Of a stretch of DNA of 37,141 nt, positions 1 through 7,727 are shown in pieces. Position numbers and translations under genes: made by a program. The DNA lies in NCBI GenBank assembly GCA_964518695.1, contig CAZFGN010000005.1, positions 1 to 37,141 of the forward strand, in the 5' to 3' direction. Source of the DNA: an uncultured Candidatus Saccharibacteria bacterium (lineage in GTDB: Bacteria; Patescibacteriota; Minisyncoccia; UBA6257; Colwellbacteraceae). The stretch's first letter is position 1. Each line of letters starts with the position of its first letter. The notes beneath the pieces are model-generated. The model worked only from the letters and a program-made list of their open reading frames with translations, searched no databases and was not told the DNA's origin.

Positions 1-202
1 TTACGATCTCTGTGTTGTTGATTCTGGTGGTGGCGACAAGGATGGTGGTGAGGAGGCCTGAGGCGATGGCAAAGACGGTGGTGTAGATGAGGAGTTCGAT
101 GAGGGTGAACCCCGCACCTTTTGAAGGCTTGAGATGCTCTGCGCTATGCGCAGTCTTCAAAAGGTGCGGGGTGAAGGAACTATTCTTGAAGCTTGTTTTC
201 AT
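1..202 (-). CDS. Type IV pilin-like protein, N-terminal part (prepilin-type cleavage/methylation motif); the ORF runs off the left window edge
   Basis: Absent from the ORF track because there is no stop in the window. Manual translation from ATG at 202..200 gives MKTSFKNSSFTPHLLKTAHSAEHLKPSKGAGFTLIELLIYTTVFAIASGLLTTILVATTRINNTEIV... G-FTLIELL followed by a hydrophobic helix is the class III signal of type IV pilins and pseudopilins. Codons are mostly C-ending and GC is visibly higher than in neighbouring genes. Confidence 0.75.
   Translation of the reverse strand, partial: MKTSFKNSSFTPHLLKTAHSAEHLKPSKGAGFTLIELLIYTTVFAIASGLLTTILVATTRINNTEIV
110..171. repeat. Perfect 17-nt inverted repeat (CCCCGCACCTTTTGAAG at 110-126, CTTCAAAAGGTGCGGGG at 155-171) enclosing an inner palindrome CTGCGC-TAT-GCGCAG (139-153); flanked by direct GGTGAA hexamers at 104-109 and 170-175
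   Basis: Read directly from the sequence. It lies inside the leader-coding part of the pilin ORF. Confidence 0.9.
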
Positions 203-229
203 GGGACTCTGGGTTATGGTTATATTATA

Positions 230-1276
230 TCATATAACCCTGTCTAAGAAAAAAATTACTAACCCTAAGCCCATAAAAACCACAGAAATTATCCAGAAAC
301 GCATTGTAACCTGTGACTCTGGCCAGCCTATGGCCTCAAAGTGATGATGAATTGGCGTGGATAAAAATACTTTTCTCTTAAATAGTTTCTTGCTGGTAAG
401 TTGAATAATAACTGACAGTGACTCCACAACCAAAATTATGGCGAAAAATGGGAGCAAGAATACCGTATGTGTAAGCAGAGCCATGACTCCTAAAGTAATG
501 CCTAAAGCCATACTTCCAGTATCACCCATAAAAAATTTGGCGGGATAAATATTAAACCATAGAAAAGCGAGAAGCGCTCCGACTATCGCGCCTCCCATAA
601 TTGCCAAATCATATTTTCCCGAGACGAAAGCTACTGCCGTAAGAGCGCCGTAAGCGAAAAGGGCGACACCTCCAAAGAGACCGTCCAAACCATCCGTTTC
701 ATTGGCTGAAAAAGCGCTGGAAATAATTATGAACATAAATATCGGGATATACCAAACACCTATGTCATAAGTACCGAAAAATGGGATTTTGATTATGTGC
801 CAATCGAGATTGTAAGGCGCGTAGAACCACCAAGCGCCTACGACAGAAAGCAAAGTATAAACTACTAATTTATATCTTATACTCAAGCCGCCGCCCGCCG
901 GACCAATCTTCGAAACTCCCAACAAGTCGTCAACGAAACCCAATATCGCGGCAATGAAAAGTGCTGTTAAGGGTAGATAGGTTTCAGCACGATTGATGAA
1001 ATTGAAATTTCCAAAAAATCCGTCGAATAAAAAATCTAGAATAAAAAAGAGCGCCGCCAGTCCCAAAACAGTGCCCCATATAATTACTCCACCCATAGTA
1101 GGGGTATTGGCTTTTCCAGCGTGGAGTTTGGAAAAAATAGGAGTATTCTCTGATGCTCTTATCTGTTTGTTAAAGTTTAGTTTCTTAAGCAGATTTAAGA
1201 CAGGGGAAGTAAAAATAAGAGCTGTAGCGAAAGCTATTATAGAAATTGTTAAAACTCTTATAGCTTCTATTGCCAT
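230..1276 (-). CDS. mraY: Phospho-N-acetylmuramoyl-pentapeptide transferase
   Basis: 348 aa polytopic membrane protein with MraY signatures NTPTMGG, NETDGLDGL, FMGDTGSMALG and PIHHHFE. Confidence 0.97.
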   Translation of the reverse strand: MAIEAIRVLTISIIAFATALIFTSPVLNLLKKLNFNKQIRASENTPIFSKLHAGKANTPTMGGVIIWGTVLGLAALFFILDFLFDGFFGNFNFINRAETYLPLTALFIAAILGFVDDLLGVSKIGPAGGGLSIRYKLVVYTLLSVVGAWWFYAPYNLDWHIIKIPFFGTYDIGVWYIPIFMFIIISSAFSANETDGLDGLFGGVALFAYGALTAVAFVSGKYDLAIMGGAIVGALLAFLWFNIYPAKFFMGDTGSMALGITLGVMALLTHTVFLLPFFAIILVVESLSVIIQLTSKKLFKRKVFLSTPIHHHFEAIGWPESQVTMRFWIISVVFMGLGLVIFFLDRVI

Positions 1277-2166
1277 AATGAGTCTTTAATTTTTTCTGTT
1301 TCGGCAAATCTATCTTGCGCGCCCAGAACAATAATCGTTTTTGTTGCGCCGCCGATATTAAATAAAGAAATTAAGTTGCCTCCCGCTTCCGGAGTGGAAC
1401 CGGTTTTCCCGCCTAAAAAGTCAGCTCCTCCGGCGAGAGGGTTAATGTTCACAATAGTTCTTCTTTTACCAGTTTTTATTTCCACAATGGTATCTTTATA
1501 TTTTTTAGCAACCGATAGAATTTGCGGGTTAGTTCCGTATATATATTCCGTGAGCTTTACAAGATCACTAACTGTGGATTGATTCTTGGAGGAAAGACCG
1601 GTCGAATCGGCAAAGTAAGTGTTATTCATGCCCAGTTCTTCTGCTTTTTCATTCATTGCCGCCATAAACTTTTCTTCACTGAAATGGGTAGCGAGAGCGG
1701 AAGCGGCATCGTTAGAAGAAACAAGGATCATAGCTTTTATCAAATCATTTAGTTTAAACTTTTCTCCAGCTATAAAATTTCCCGAAGATCCTTCTTGTTT
1801 TACATTTTCTTCTGTAATCGTGATGATGTCGTTAACAGGAATATTTTCCAAGGCCACTGTTGCAGTCATAAGTTTGGTGAGGGAGGCGATAGGCCAACGT
1901 TTTTCGACTTCCCACCCAAAAATTTGTTTGCCACTTTCGGCAAACGCGCCAGCGGCACTGACTTGTACGTCTATACTTGGAGTAATTTCCGTCTCCGGAG
2001 TGAACCCTAAACTTGCTTTCCCAAAATCATTATTATCTTTCTTGGAAGCTATTCCTTCCGAACTTACAGGTATAGTCGAAGATTGTGTAATAATAGCAGT
2101 AACCAAAAGCATGATTCCTGCCAGGATAAGAAACGCTTTTTTAGGATTTTGTTTGAGATAACTCAT
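1267..2166 (-). CDS. D-alanyl-D-alanine carboxypeptidase (peptidase S11, PBP5-like), membrane-anchored
   Basis: N-terminal TM segment plus the three serine-PBP motifs SLTKLMT (SxxK), SSND (SxN) and KTGST (KTG). Confidence 0.9.
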   Translation of the reverse strand: MSYLKQNPKKAFLILAGIMLLVTAIITQSSTIPVSSEGIASKKDNNDFGKASLGFTPETEITPSIDVQVSAAGAFAESGKQIFGWEVEKRWPIASLTKLMTATVALENIPVNDIITITEENVKQEGSSGNFIAGEKFKLNDLIKAMILVSSNDAASALATHFSEEKFMAAMNEKAEELGMNNTYFADSTGLSSKNQSTVSDLVKLTEYIYGTNPQILSVAKKYKDTIVEIKTGKRRTIVNINPLAGGADFLGGKTGSTPEAGGNLISLFNIGGATKTIIVLGAQDRFAETEKIKDSLWQ

Positions 2167-2707
2167 TTTCTTTCTTCATAAAAGACTTAATTAATTCTTT
2201 ATATTTTTCGTAATCAGGGAGGTTTGCCGTAGAATCCAAACCGATATGTTTCAAAAAGTCAAAACTAACAAAATATATAAAACCATTAGCTCGACTGGAA
2301 TCCAATTTTTTCTCGACCAGACCTCTTACAGTTAAATTCCTCAATATAAAACTTGAATTCACGCCGCGGATGTAATCAATTTCAGCTCGAGTGCATGGCG
2401 ACAAATAAGCAATAATAGAAAGTGTTTCTAAACTTGCCGCGGTGAGCTCGGAATCAAGTTCCTCTTTCACTACTTTTTGAACAAGTGACGCTAGGTTAGA
2501 TTTGGTTGCCAATTGCACTTCTTCATTTAAATCCATCAAAATCAAGCCCCTATTTTCAGCCTCCAAACTCTTTTTAAGATCGGAGATCGCATCTCTTACG
2601 ATTTGGTAAGAAACGCCTAGCTTTTCCGCTAAAGTTTCAGATTTCACCGGTTCCCCGTATACAAAAAGCAGTGCTTCTAACTGCGCTTCTAGATTATCTT
2701 GAACCAT
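2141..2707 (-). CDS. scpB: Segregation and condensation protein B
   Basis: 188 aa. The N-terminus LEAQLEALLFVYGEPV... and tandem winged-helix pattern are typical of ScpB. It lies directly downstream of scpA. Confidence 0.9.
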   Translation of the reverse strand: MVQDNLEAQLEALLFVYGEPVKSETLAEKLGVSYQIVRDAISDLKKSLEAENRGLILMDLNEEVQLATKSNLASLVQKVVKEELDSELTAASLETLSIIAYLSPCTRAEIDYIRGVNSSFILRNLTVRGLVEKKLDSSRANGFIYFVSFDFLKHIGLDSTANLPDYEKYKELIKSFMKKENELSQTKS

Positions 2708-3416
2708 TTCCTTTAATACTTGTTATTTCAATATCAGAAAATCCATCTGTTTGGCTGATAACCACCAAATTATCTTTTAAAAGATGCAAAAGGGCCAAAA
2801 AGAGAACAATAATTTCTGATCTTTCTTTATCTTTTGTTACTTCATTAAAGCTTGTTCTCATAACTTTGTCTACTCTCTTTATTAACTCTATAATCTTTTC
2901 TTCCAGGTTTAATAATTTAATTTGGATATCATCCTGTTTGGGAAAGAAAATCGACAATTCTTCAGTCAATTTCACCATTTTTATTACTAAATCATTAACT
3001 TCCACTGGCTGGCTTAAATAAAAACCAGGGGGTATGTGAGAGAAATAAGGACGAGAGTAGAGAACCCCCTTAAGCCACAAAGAACGAATATGTCCTTCCC
3101 CATCTTTAAACTCTTTGTAAAGTCGAAGGCGATTTTGCAGATCAAACATTTCCTCTTTCTCTTCCGAGGTAAATTCAATCTGTGGCAGAAGTGAATGAGA
3201 TTTTATTAGAATTAGTTTAGCCGCCACTATTATGAAGTCAGCAATTACCCTCGAATCGGTTTTTTCTAAAGATTTTAAATAACTCAAAAAATCAGCTGTA
3301 ACCTCCGCCAAACTCACACTTGTTATTTCAAGTTTTTTGCTTTGAATAAGTTCCAGAAGTTTTGAGAGCGGGCCTTGAAAATCACCTAATTTCAGTTCGT
3401 AAGTCGTTTCTTTCAT
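2694..3416 (-). CDS. scpA: Segregation and condensation protein A (kleisin)
   Basis: 240 aa. The N-terminal FQGPLSKLLELIQSKKLEITSVSLAEVTADFLSYL matches the ScpA consensus. Its end overlaps the scpB start. Confidence 0.9.
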   Translation of the reverse strand: MKETTYELKLGDFQGPLSKLLELIQSKKLEITSVSLAEVTADFLSYLKSLEKTDSRVIADFIIVAAKLILIKSHSLLPQIEFTSEEKEEMFDLQNRLRLYKEFKDGEGHIRSLWLKGVLYSRPYFSHIPPGFYLSQPVEVNDLVIKMVKLTEELSIFFPKQDDIQIKLLNLEEKIIELIKRVDKVMRTSFNEVTKDKERSEIIVLFLALLHLLKDNLVVISQTDGFSDIEITSIKGNGSR

Positions 3417-4770
3417 AATTTGTTTTTATATGTTCAAGGATTGTTCCTATGTCATGAGGAGCATTTTCCGAACCCAAGGCAATTATCGCTATGGGTCGTT
3501 TCTCTTCTCCCAAATCTATCACAAAAATCGCCAGCATTGTACTTTTGGCTTTTTCGGTTAAACCCACCTTGCCGCCGATGAACTCCGGGTTATCCGCAAA
3601 CACATTAAAATTCTGCAGATTAAAGATGGATGGTCCGTAAGCGGTTTTATTTAAACTTCCAGTGCTAATTTTAAGTATGAAACTCCTATTATTATAAAGA
3701 TATTTAGCCAAAGCGAATAAATCTTCAGTGGAAGAAACGTTTCCGGCGCGGCTTCCGGAAGAATCAACGAATTTAGTCTGTTTCATCCCTAGCGCCTCTG
3801 CTTTTTGGTTCATGAGATTAATAAAATAATTTTCGCCCAGGGCGCGAGATATGGCTACAGCCGCTTCGTTAGAGGACTCAAGCAGCAATGGATAAAGCAA
3901 TTGAAAAACTGTTATCTTATCGCCTATTTTCAAGCGTGGTATTGAGGTTGGAACAATCATCTCTTTAGTGACAACTATTTCTTTGTCAAGGTTTATGTAT
4001 TCCGTAGCCACAAGCGCTGTCATTAGCTTGGTAATGGAAGCTATAGGGACAGACGATTGATTTTCGGATTTACTCAAAAAAACAAAATTGCTTCTTAAAT
4101 CAGCGGCAAGGTAATTCTTAGCTGACAAATCCGGGATTTTCACCTGATATTTGAAATCGTCGGCTCTGAAATCTTCCTCAAAAACTAGTATTGGCGTACC
4201 GATTTTAACCTTATCGTATATCTTTTGAGCATTGTCGGTAGAGAGTCTTATGCACCCTCCAGAATATGTGGACGCTACAGCGCGGCCGTCAGGATAATAA
4301 GGCCATCCATGTATGAAGAAATTGCCTTGGAAAGCCATACTCCAAGGTTGATAAACCCCACCGAAAGATGAATAATGATCTTTTTCTTTGTTTTGTATCT
4401 TGTAGAGACCGGCAGGGGTTTCCCACCAAGAACCTTCTTTACCTTTACTTAAGATATTAATTTCGTAAGCAAGCGACCCCTTTTCGTATACTCTTAATTT
4501 CATTTCAGACAAGTTTGCCTCGATAAAATCAGAATCTTTATTAGCGAACTCCTTTTTTACGTTACTGAAGAAATCAGGGCTACTCATGGCCGGCCAAGAA
4601 CCGTATTCGAATTTCTGTAAATCATTATCTCCCCTGCTCACAATCAAATCTCGCTCATAAACCGTTTTTCGAAAATAAAGAGAAGCGATAACAGCTACGC
4701 CGCTAATTATGGTTATGAGTAATAATGCTAACCAGAGAGGTATTAAAGTTTTAGTAAATTTATTCGTCAT
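3382..4770 (-). CDS. Membrane-anchored fusion protein: L,D-transpeptidase (YkuD) domain + peptidase S11 DD-carboxypeptidase domain
   Basis: The TM helix spans about residues 8-32. The YkuD catalytic motif is HGWPYY...(17 aa)...SGGCIRL. The C-terminal half carries SITKLMT (SxxK), SSNEAA (SxN) and GGKVGLT at the KTG-box position. Confidence 0.85.
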   Translation of the reverse strand: MTNKFTKTLIPLWLALLLITIISGVAVIASLYFRKTVYERDLIVSRGDNDLQKFEYGSWPAMSSPDFFSNVKKEFANKDSDFIEANLSEMKLRVYEKGSLAYEINILSKGKEGSWWETPAGLYKIQNKEKDHYSSFGGVYQPWSMAFQGNFFIHGWPYYPDGRAVASTYSGGCIRLSTDNAQKIYDKVKIGTPILVFEEDFRADDFKYQVKIPDLSAKNYLAADLRSNFVFLSKSENQSSVPIASITKLMTALVATEYINLDKEIVVTKEMIVPTSIPRLKIGDKITVFQLLYPLLLESSNEAAVAISRALGENYFINLMNQKAEALGMKQTKFVDSSGSRAGNVSSTEDLFALAKYLYNNRSFILKISTGSLNKTAYGPSIFNLQNFNVFADNPEFIGGKVGLTEKAKSTMLAIFVIDLGEEKRPIAIIALGSENAPHDIGTILEHIKTNYERNDLRTEIR

Positions 4771-4772
4771 AA

Positions 4773-5999
4773 CTACTCCGCAACTAAGGCTTCTCTGGTA
4801 TAGATGTTATTCGGATCCCACAACATCCAACCGTCAGATACGCCCGAGTCATAAACTGCTTTGATTTCAAGTTTAACTTCTCTCGCGCCATAGTTCGCTC
4901 TTAGATCAAAATCCTGTAACCATGGACGAAGTTTTGAGTTCACGGCGCCGCTCGCTTTTAGTCTCATAACCGCCTTTTCTACTGAATATTTAATTATTTC
5001 GTAAGGATGTTCTGCCGGATTTTTATAGCCCAAGAAGCCCGCGGCATAGTGAGAAGGGTAAACCATGGGGCTCACATAATCAAAATAATTGTAAGCGGAT
5101 TCTATAATTTGCCCTATACCCATATCGTCACGTTCTACCGTCGAGAGTCCAAATAAATCAGCTGAAATCTTTATATCCTGCAAACTGGAACGTAAAAAGC
5201 TGAAAAAGTCTTTTATCGAATCCTCTTTCGGCTTCGAGATATCGTAAAATGGAAATTTCATTAGGTCTAAATTGCCGTCGGATGGAAACCTTATATAATC
5301 AAAGTTTATCTCGTCAAAGCCGCGAGAGGCGGCATCCTTGGCTATGTTGATATTGTAATTCCAAACCTCACGGCTAGCCGGGTCCATCCAACTTAATCCT
5401 TTCGCATCTTTCCATACAGAGCCGGTCGCGGAATCCTTAATCGCTAAATCTGGTCTCGCTTTGGCAAACACCGGATCTTGAAAAACAGTTACCCTACCTA
5501 TCACATAGATATTCTTATCGTGTAACTTTTTAATTAAGGAGTTAATTTTTGGTATTCTTATCTCTTGCGCGTTGTATTGAAGGACTTCTTTGATGTTAGT
5601 GCGATAAGCCACGTATCCAGAGTAATCCTTGATATCAATCACAACCGCGTTTAATTCTGTTTTATCGATCAAATTGATAATATAATCTATCCTACTGGGC
5701 GTGCCGGCTGACCAATTTGTGATATAAATCGCTTTAATTACTGACGGTTGATTTTTCAGCGGTTCTTGCGGGGGTATATCAGCCTTCTTGCTAGACAGAT
5801 CTTTTGATTGATTCATAGGTATAACATCGATCAATTTAGGTAAAATGGTTTCCGCTTCAGGTACTGGCGTAAGTTCCGTAACAGCTTTTCCACCTTTAAT
5901 TTCTGAAGCCTCAAGTTCAACCTTATTCTCCTGCATCAATAAAAAAACAGCTCCTAAGGAGACGATAAATATCGAGGAAACAAGTAAAAATCGTCGCAT
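4773..5999 (-). CDS. Putative glycoside-hydrolase-like TIM-barrel protein (DUF4015/GHL-type), signal-anchored
   Basis: IKAIYITNWSAG...LNAVVIDIKDYSGYVAYRT and FDEINFDYIRFP resemble the DUF4015 putative glycosyl hydrolase family (recalled, not searched). I prefer the ATG at 5999 (MRRFLLVSSIFIV..., a signal anchor) over the TTG at 6029 used in the track. Confidence 0.55.
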   Translation of the reverse strand: MRRFLLVSSIFIVSLGAVFLLMQENKVELEASEIKGGKAVTELTPVPEAETILPKLIDVIPMNQSKDLSSKKADIPPQEPLKNQPSVIKAIYITNWSAGTPSRIDYIINLIDKTELNAVVIDIKDYSGYVAYRTNIKEVLQYNAQEIRIPKINSLIKKLHDKNIYVIGRVTVFQDPVFAKARPDLAIKDSATGSVWKDAKGLSWMDPASREVWNYNINIAKDAASRGFDEINFDYIRFPSDGNLDLMKFPFYDISKPKEDSIKDFFSFLRSSLQDIKISADLFGLSTVERDDMGIGQIIESAYNYFDYVSPMVYPSHYAAGFLGYKNPAEHPYEIIKYSVEKAVMRLKASGAVNSKLRPWLQDFDLRANYGAREVKLEIKAVYDSGVSDGWMLWDPNNIYTREALVAE

Positions 6000-6029
6000 T
6001 TTCGATAAAAGTATACAGCACAATTGCAA

Positions 6030-6056
6030 TATACTATATACTGTATACTATATACT
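6030..6056. repeat. Tandem direct repeat of the 13-mer TATACTATATACT (6030-6042 and 6044-6056) in the divergent promoter region between the hydrolase operon and dnaX
   Basis: Read directly from the sequence. The last TATACT (6051-6056) sits 8 nt upstream of the dnaX ATG. Confidence 0.85.
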
Positions 6057-6064
6057 TTAGAAAT

Positions 6065-7174
6065 ATGTCCTTAGCTATCTATCGAAAATACCGTCCCAAA
6101 TTACTTCACGATCTTATTGGCCAGGAGGTTTTTGTAGAGGTTTTGGGTAACGCCGCTAAAGCTGACAAACTAAGCCATGCCTACCTTCTTTACGGTTCAA
6201 GGGGAACAGGCAAAACCACGGCCGCGAGGCTTATTGCTAAAATAGCAAACTGTGAAACAAGAGCTAGTGATCACAAATTCAAAACCCAAGGAGAACCGTG
6301 CAATAAATGCCGGCCATGCTTGGAAATAGATGAAGGCAGGGCACTCGACGTTATGGAGATTGACGCGGCCTCAAACAGAGGTATTGACGAAATAAGAAAC
6401 CTAAAAGAGGGCGTAAGATTTTCGCCCACATCATACCGTTATAAAGTTTTCATAATCGATGAAGCGCACCAACTGACAAAAGAGGCTTCTAATGCTTTGC
6501 TTAAAACTTTAGAAGAACCACCGAGGCATGCCATTTTTGTGTTGGCGACTACAGAATATGAAAAACTTTTACCAACGATTACCTCAAGAACTCAAAGATT
6601 CCATTTTCAACGATTGCCAATTCAGGAAATTTTAAAGAAACTTAATAGAATCGTCATCGGCGAAGATTTAAAAATTGACAATACGGCTCTGGAATTAATA
6701 GCTACAAGCTCGGAGGGGAGTTTCAGAGACGCCGAGTCGCTTCTTGAACAAGTTATTTCACTAGGCGAGGGCCTCAACTTGGAAAACGTCGAGCAACTCC
6801 TTGGCAAAGTAGGTTTGATTCGCACGGCAACGCTCGCTGGATATCTTTTAGAAAAGGATCTTCAAACAGCTCTAAGCTACTTAGCCGAAATCAATGAATC
6901 TGGCTACAACTTGGTACAGTTAAACAAAGATTTAATTCATTATTTACGGAGAGTTTTATCATTGAAATTTGGTCCCGGACTTGAAGAAATATTTCTTCGT
7001 GAATTAACTCATGAAGAAATAAATTGGCTTAAGAAGCATGGCGCACTAGTGAAAGATGATGAGTACGCGATAAACCTACTTAAGTCTTTAATCCGTGCCT
7101 ACAGCGAAATGCGTTATAGCCCATTCGCCATAGTTCCACTGGAGATAGCGATAATAGAAAACCTCAAAACCTAA
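6065..7174 (+). CDS. dnaX: DNA polymerase III subunit gamma/tau (short form)
   Basis: Walker A GSRGTGKTT, zinc module CNKCRPC, DEAH box IIDEAHQL and sensor SRTQRF. At 369 aa it lacks the long tau C-terminus. Confidence 0.95.
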   Translation: MSLAIYRKYRPKLLHDLIGQEVFVEVLGNAAKADKLSHAYLLYGSRGTGKTTAARLIAKIANCETRASDHKFKTQGEPCNKCRPCLEIDEGRALDVMEIDAASNRGIDEIRNLKEGVRFSPTSYRYKVFIIDEAHQLTKEASNALLKTLEEPPRHAIFVLATTEYEKLLPTITSRTQRFHFQRLPIQEILKKLNRIVIGEDLKIDNTALELIATSSEGSFRDAESLLEQVISLGEGLNLENVEQLLGKVGLIRTATLAGYLLEKDLQTALSYLAEINESGYNLVQLNKDLIHYLRRVLSLKFGPGLEEIFLRELTHEEINWLKKHGALVKDDEYAINLLKSLIRAYSEMRYSPFAIVPLEIAIIENLKT

Positions 7175-7195
7175 AAGGATAATTTAAATTACCAA

Positions 7196-7235
7196 TAGTA
7201 TACTATATGTCCGATCGGTGATGTAGTACACTAAT
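7196..7235. repeat. Imperfect palindromic element, copy 1 (TAGTATACTATATGT-CCGATCGG-TGATGTAGTACACTAAT), between the convergent 3' ends of dnaX and the 149-aa gene
   Basis: 35 of 39 positions match the copy at 10742-10780. The arms form an 11-12 bp stem around the self-complementary octamer CCGATCGG. Confidence 0.8.
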
Positions 7236-7252
7236 GAAGACTAACCTTCTGG

Positions 7253-7702
7253 TTACTGAATTTTCGTATAGTTGAAAATGATGTGTTGTTTGTCTTGTAA
7301 AACAAAGCTTGTATCGGTGGTTCCCGTACCATCAACGGTCATTTTTAGAACATAACCTGATCTCTCTAGAGGTTTGCCCCAAACCGATAGGAAATCGGAG
7401 AATTTGAATCCCCGGTCTTTAGCGGCTTCTATGTGAATCTCTCCATCCGGTCCATGGGTGTGAATTTCTCTGGTACAGCCCGGTTCAATGCCAATACCGG
7501 CCGGAATAATTTCTTCCTGCCCATCTACAAGTATTTGGAGATGAGGATGAATATGGAAAGCCTCACTATAAATACAGGGTACTCCGCTTATACCATTTGT
7601 ATCGTTAGAATCGCTGCCCTTTAAAAATGAAGGTACTATAAGTAAACCCAGCGCCACGATGACAAGTCCAATAACCCAAAGAATAGATTTGTTTTTTAAC
7701 AT
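7253..7702 (-). CDS. Hypothetical membrane-anchored/secreted His- and Cys-rich protein
   Basis: 149 aa with an N-terminal TM or signal anchor (ILWVIGLVIVALGLLIV). Motifs HIHPHLQILVDGQ...IPAGIGIEPGCTREIHTHGPDGEIHIE. I cannot name a family with confidence. Confidence 0.6.
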   Translation of the reverse strand: MLKNKSILWVIGLVIVALGLLIVPSFLKGSDSNDTNGISGVPCIYSEAFHIHPHLQILVDGQEEIIPAGIGIEPGCTREIHTHGPDGEIHIEAAKDRGFKFSDFLSVWGKPLERSGYVLKMTVDGTGTTDTSFVLQDKQHIIFNYTKIQ

Positions 7703-7712
7703 TATTTTAACT

Positions 7713-7720
7713 AGTATACC
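7713..7720. promoter_or_regulatory. Candidate shared, palindromic -10 region (AGTATACC / GGTATACT) for the divergent tRNA-Gln and 149-aa gene
   Basis: On the plus strand, TATACC (7715-7720) ends 7 nt before tRNA position +1 (7728). On the minus strand, TATACT (7718-7713) ends 10 nt before the ATG at 7702. This is a motif-level prediction only. Confidence 0.35.
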
Positions 7721-7727
7721 TAAAGAT

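Noticed and set aside
218-239. AT-rich 8-bp hairpin (GGTTATAT-N6-ATATAACC) straddling the mraY stop codon, just upstream of the pilin start
   Set aside because: The stem is very weak and purely A/T-dominated. Such palindromes are expected by chance in AT-rich spacers, so it is not reported as a terminator.
1619-2161. Long antisense ORFs such as 1619-2161 (+, 180 aa), 11402-11887 (+, 161 aa), 18675-19109 (+, 144 aa), 19847-20224 (+, 125 aa), 23940-24434 (+, 164 aa) and 31765-32133 (+, 122 aa)
   Set aside because: Each lies fully opposite a confidently identified, motif-rich gene (DD-carboxypeptidase, pgk, mreB, rseP, murA, rpsQ/rpmC). Their translations are low-complexity and Ser/Phe/Leu/Ile-rich, typical of shadow ORFs in AT-rich DNA.
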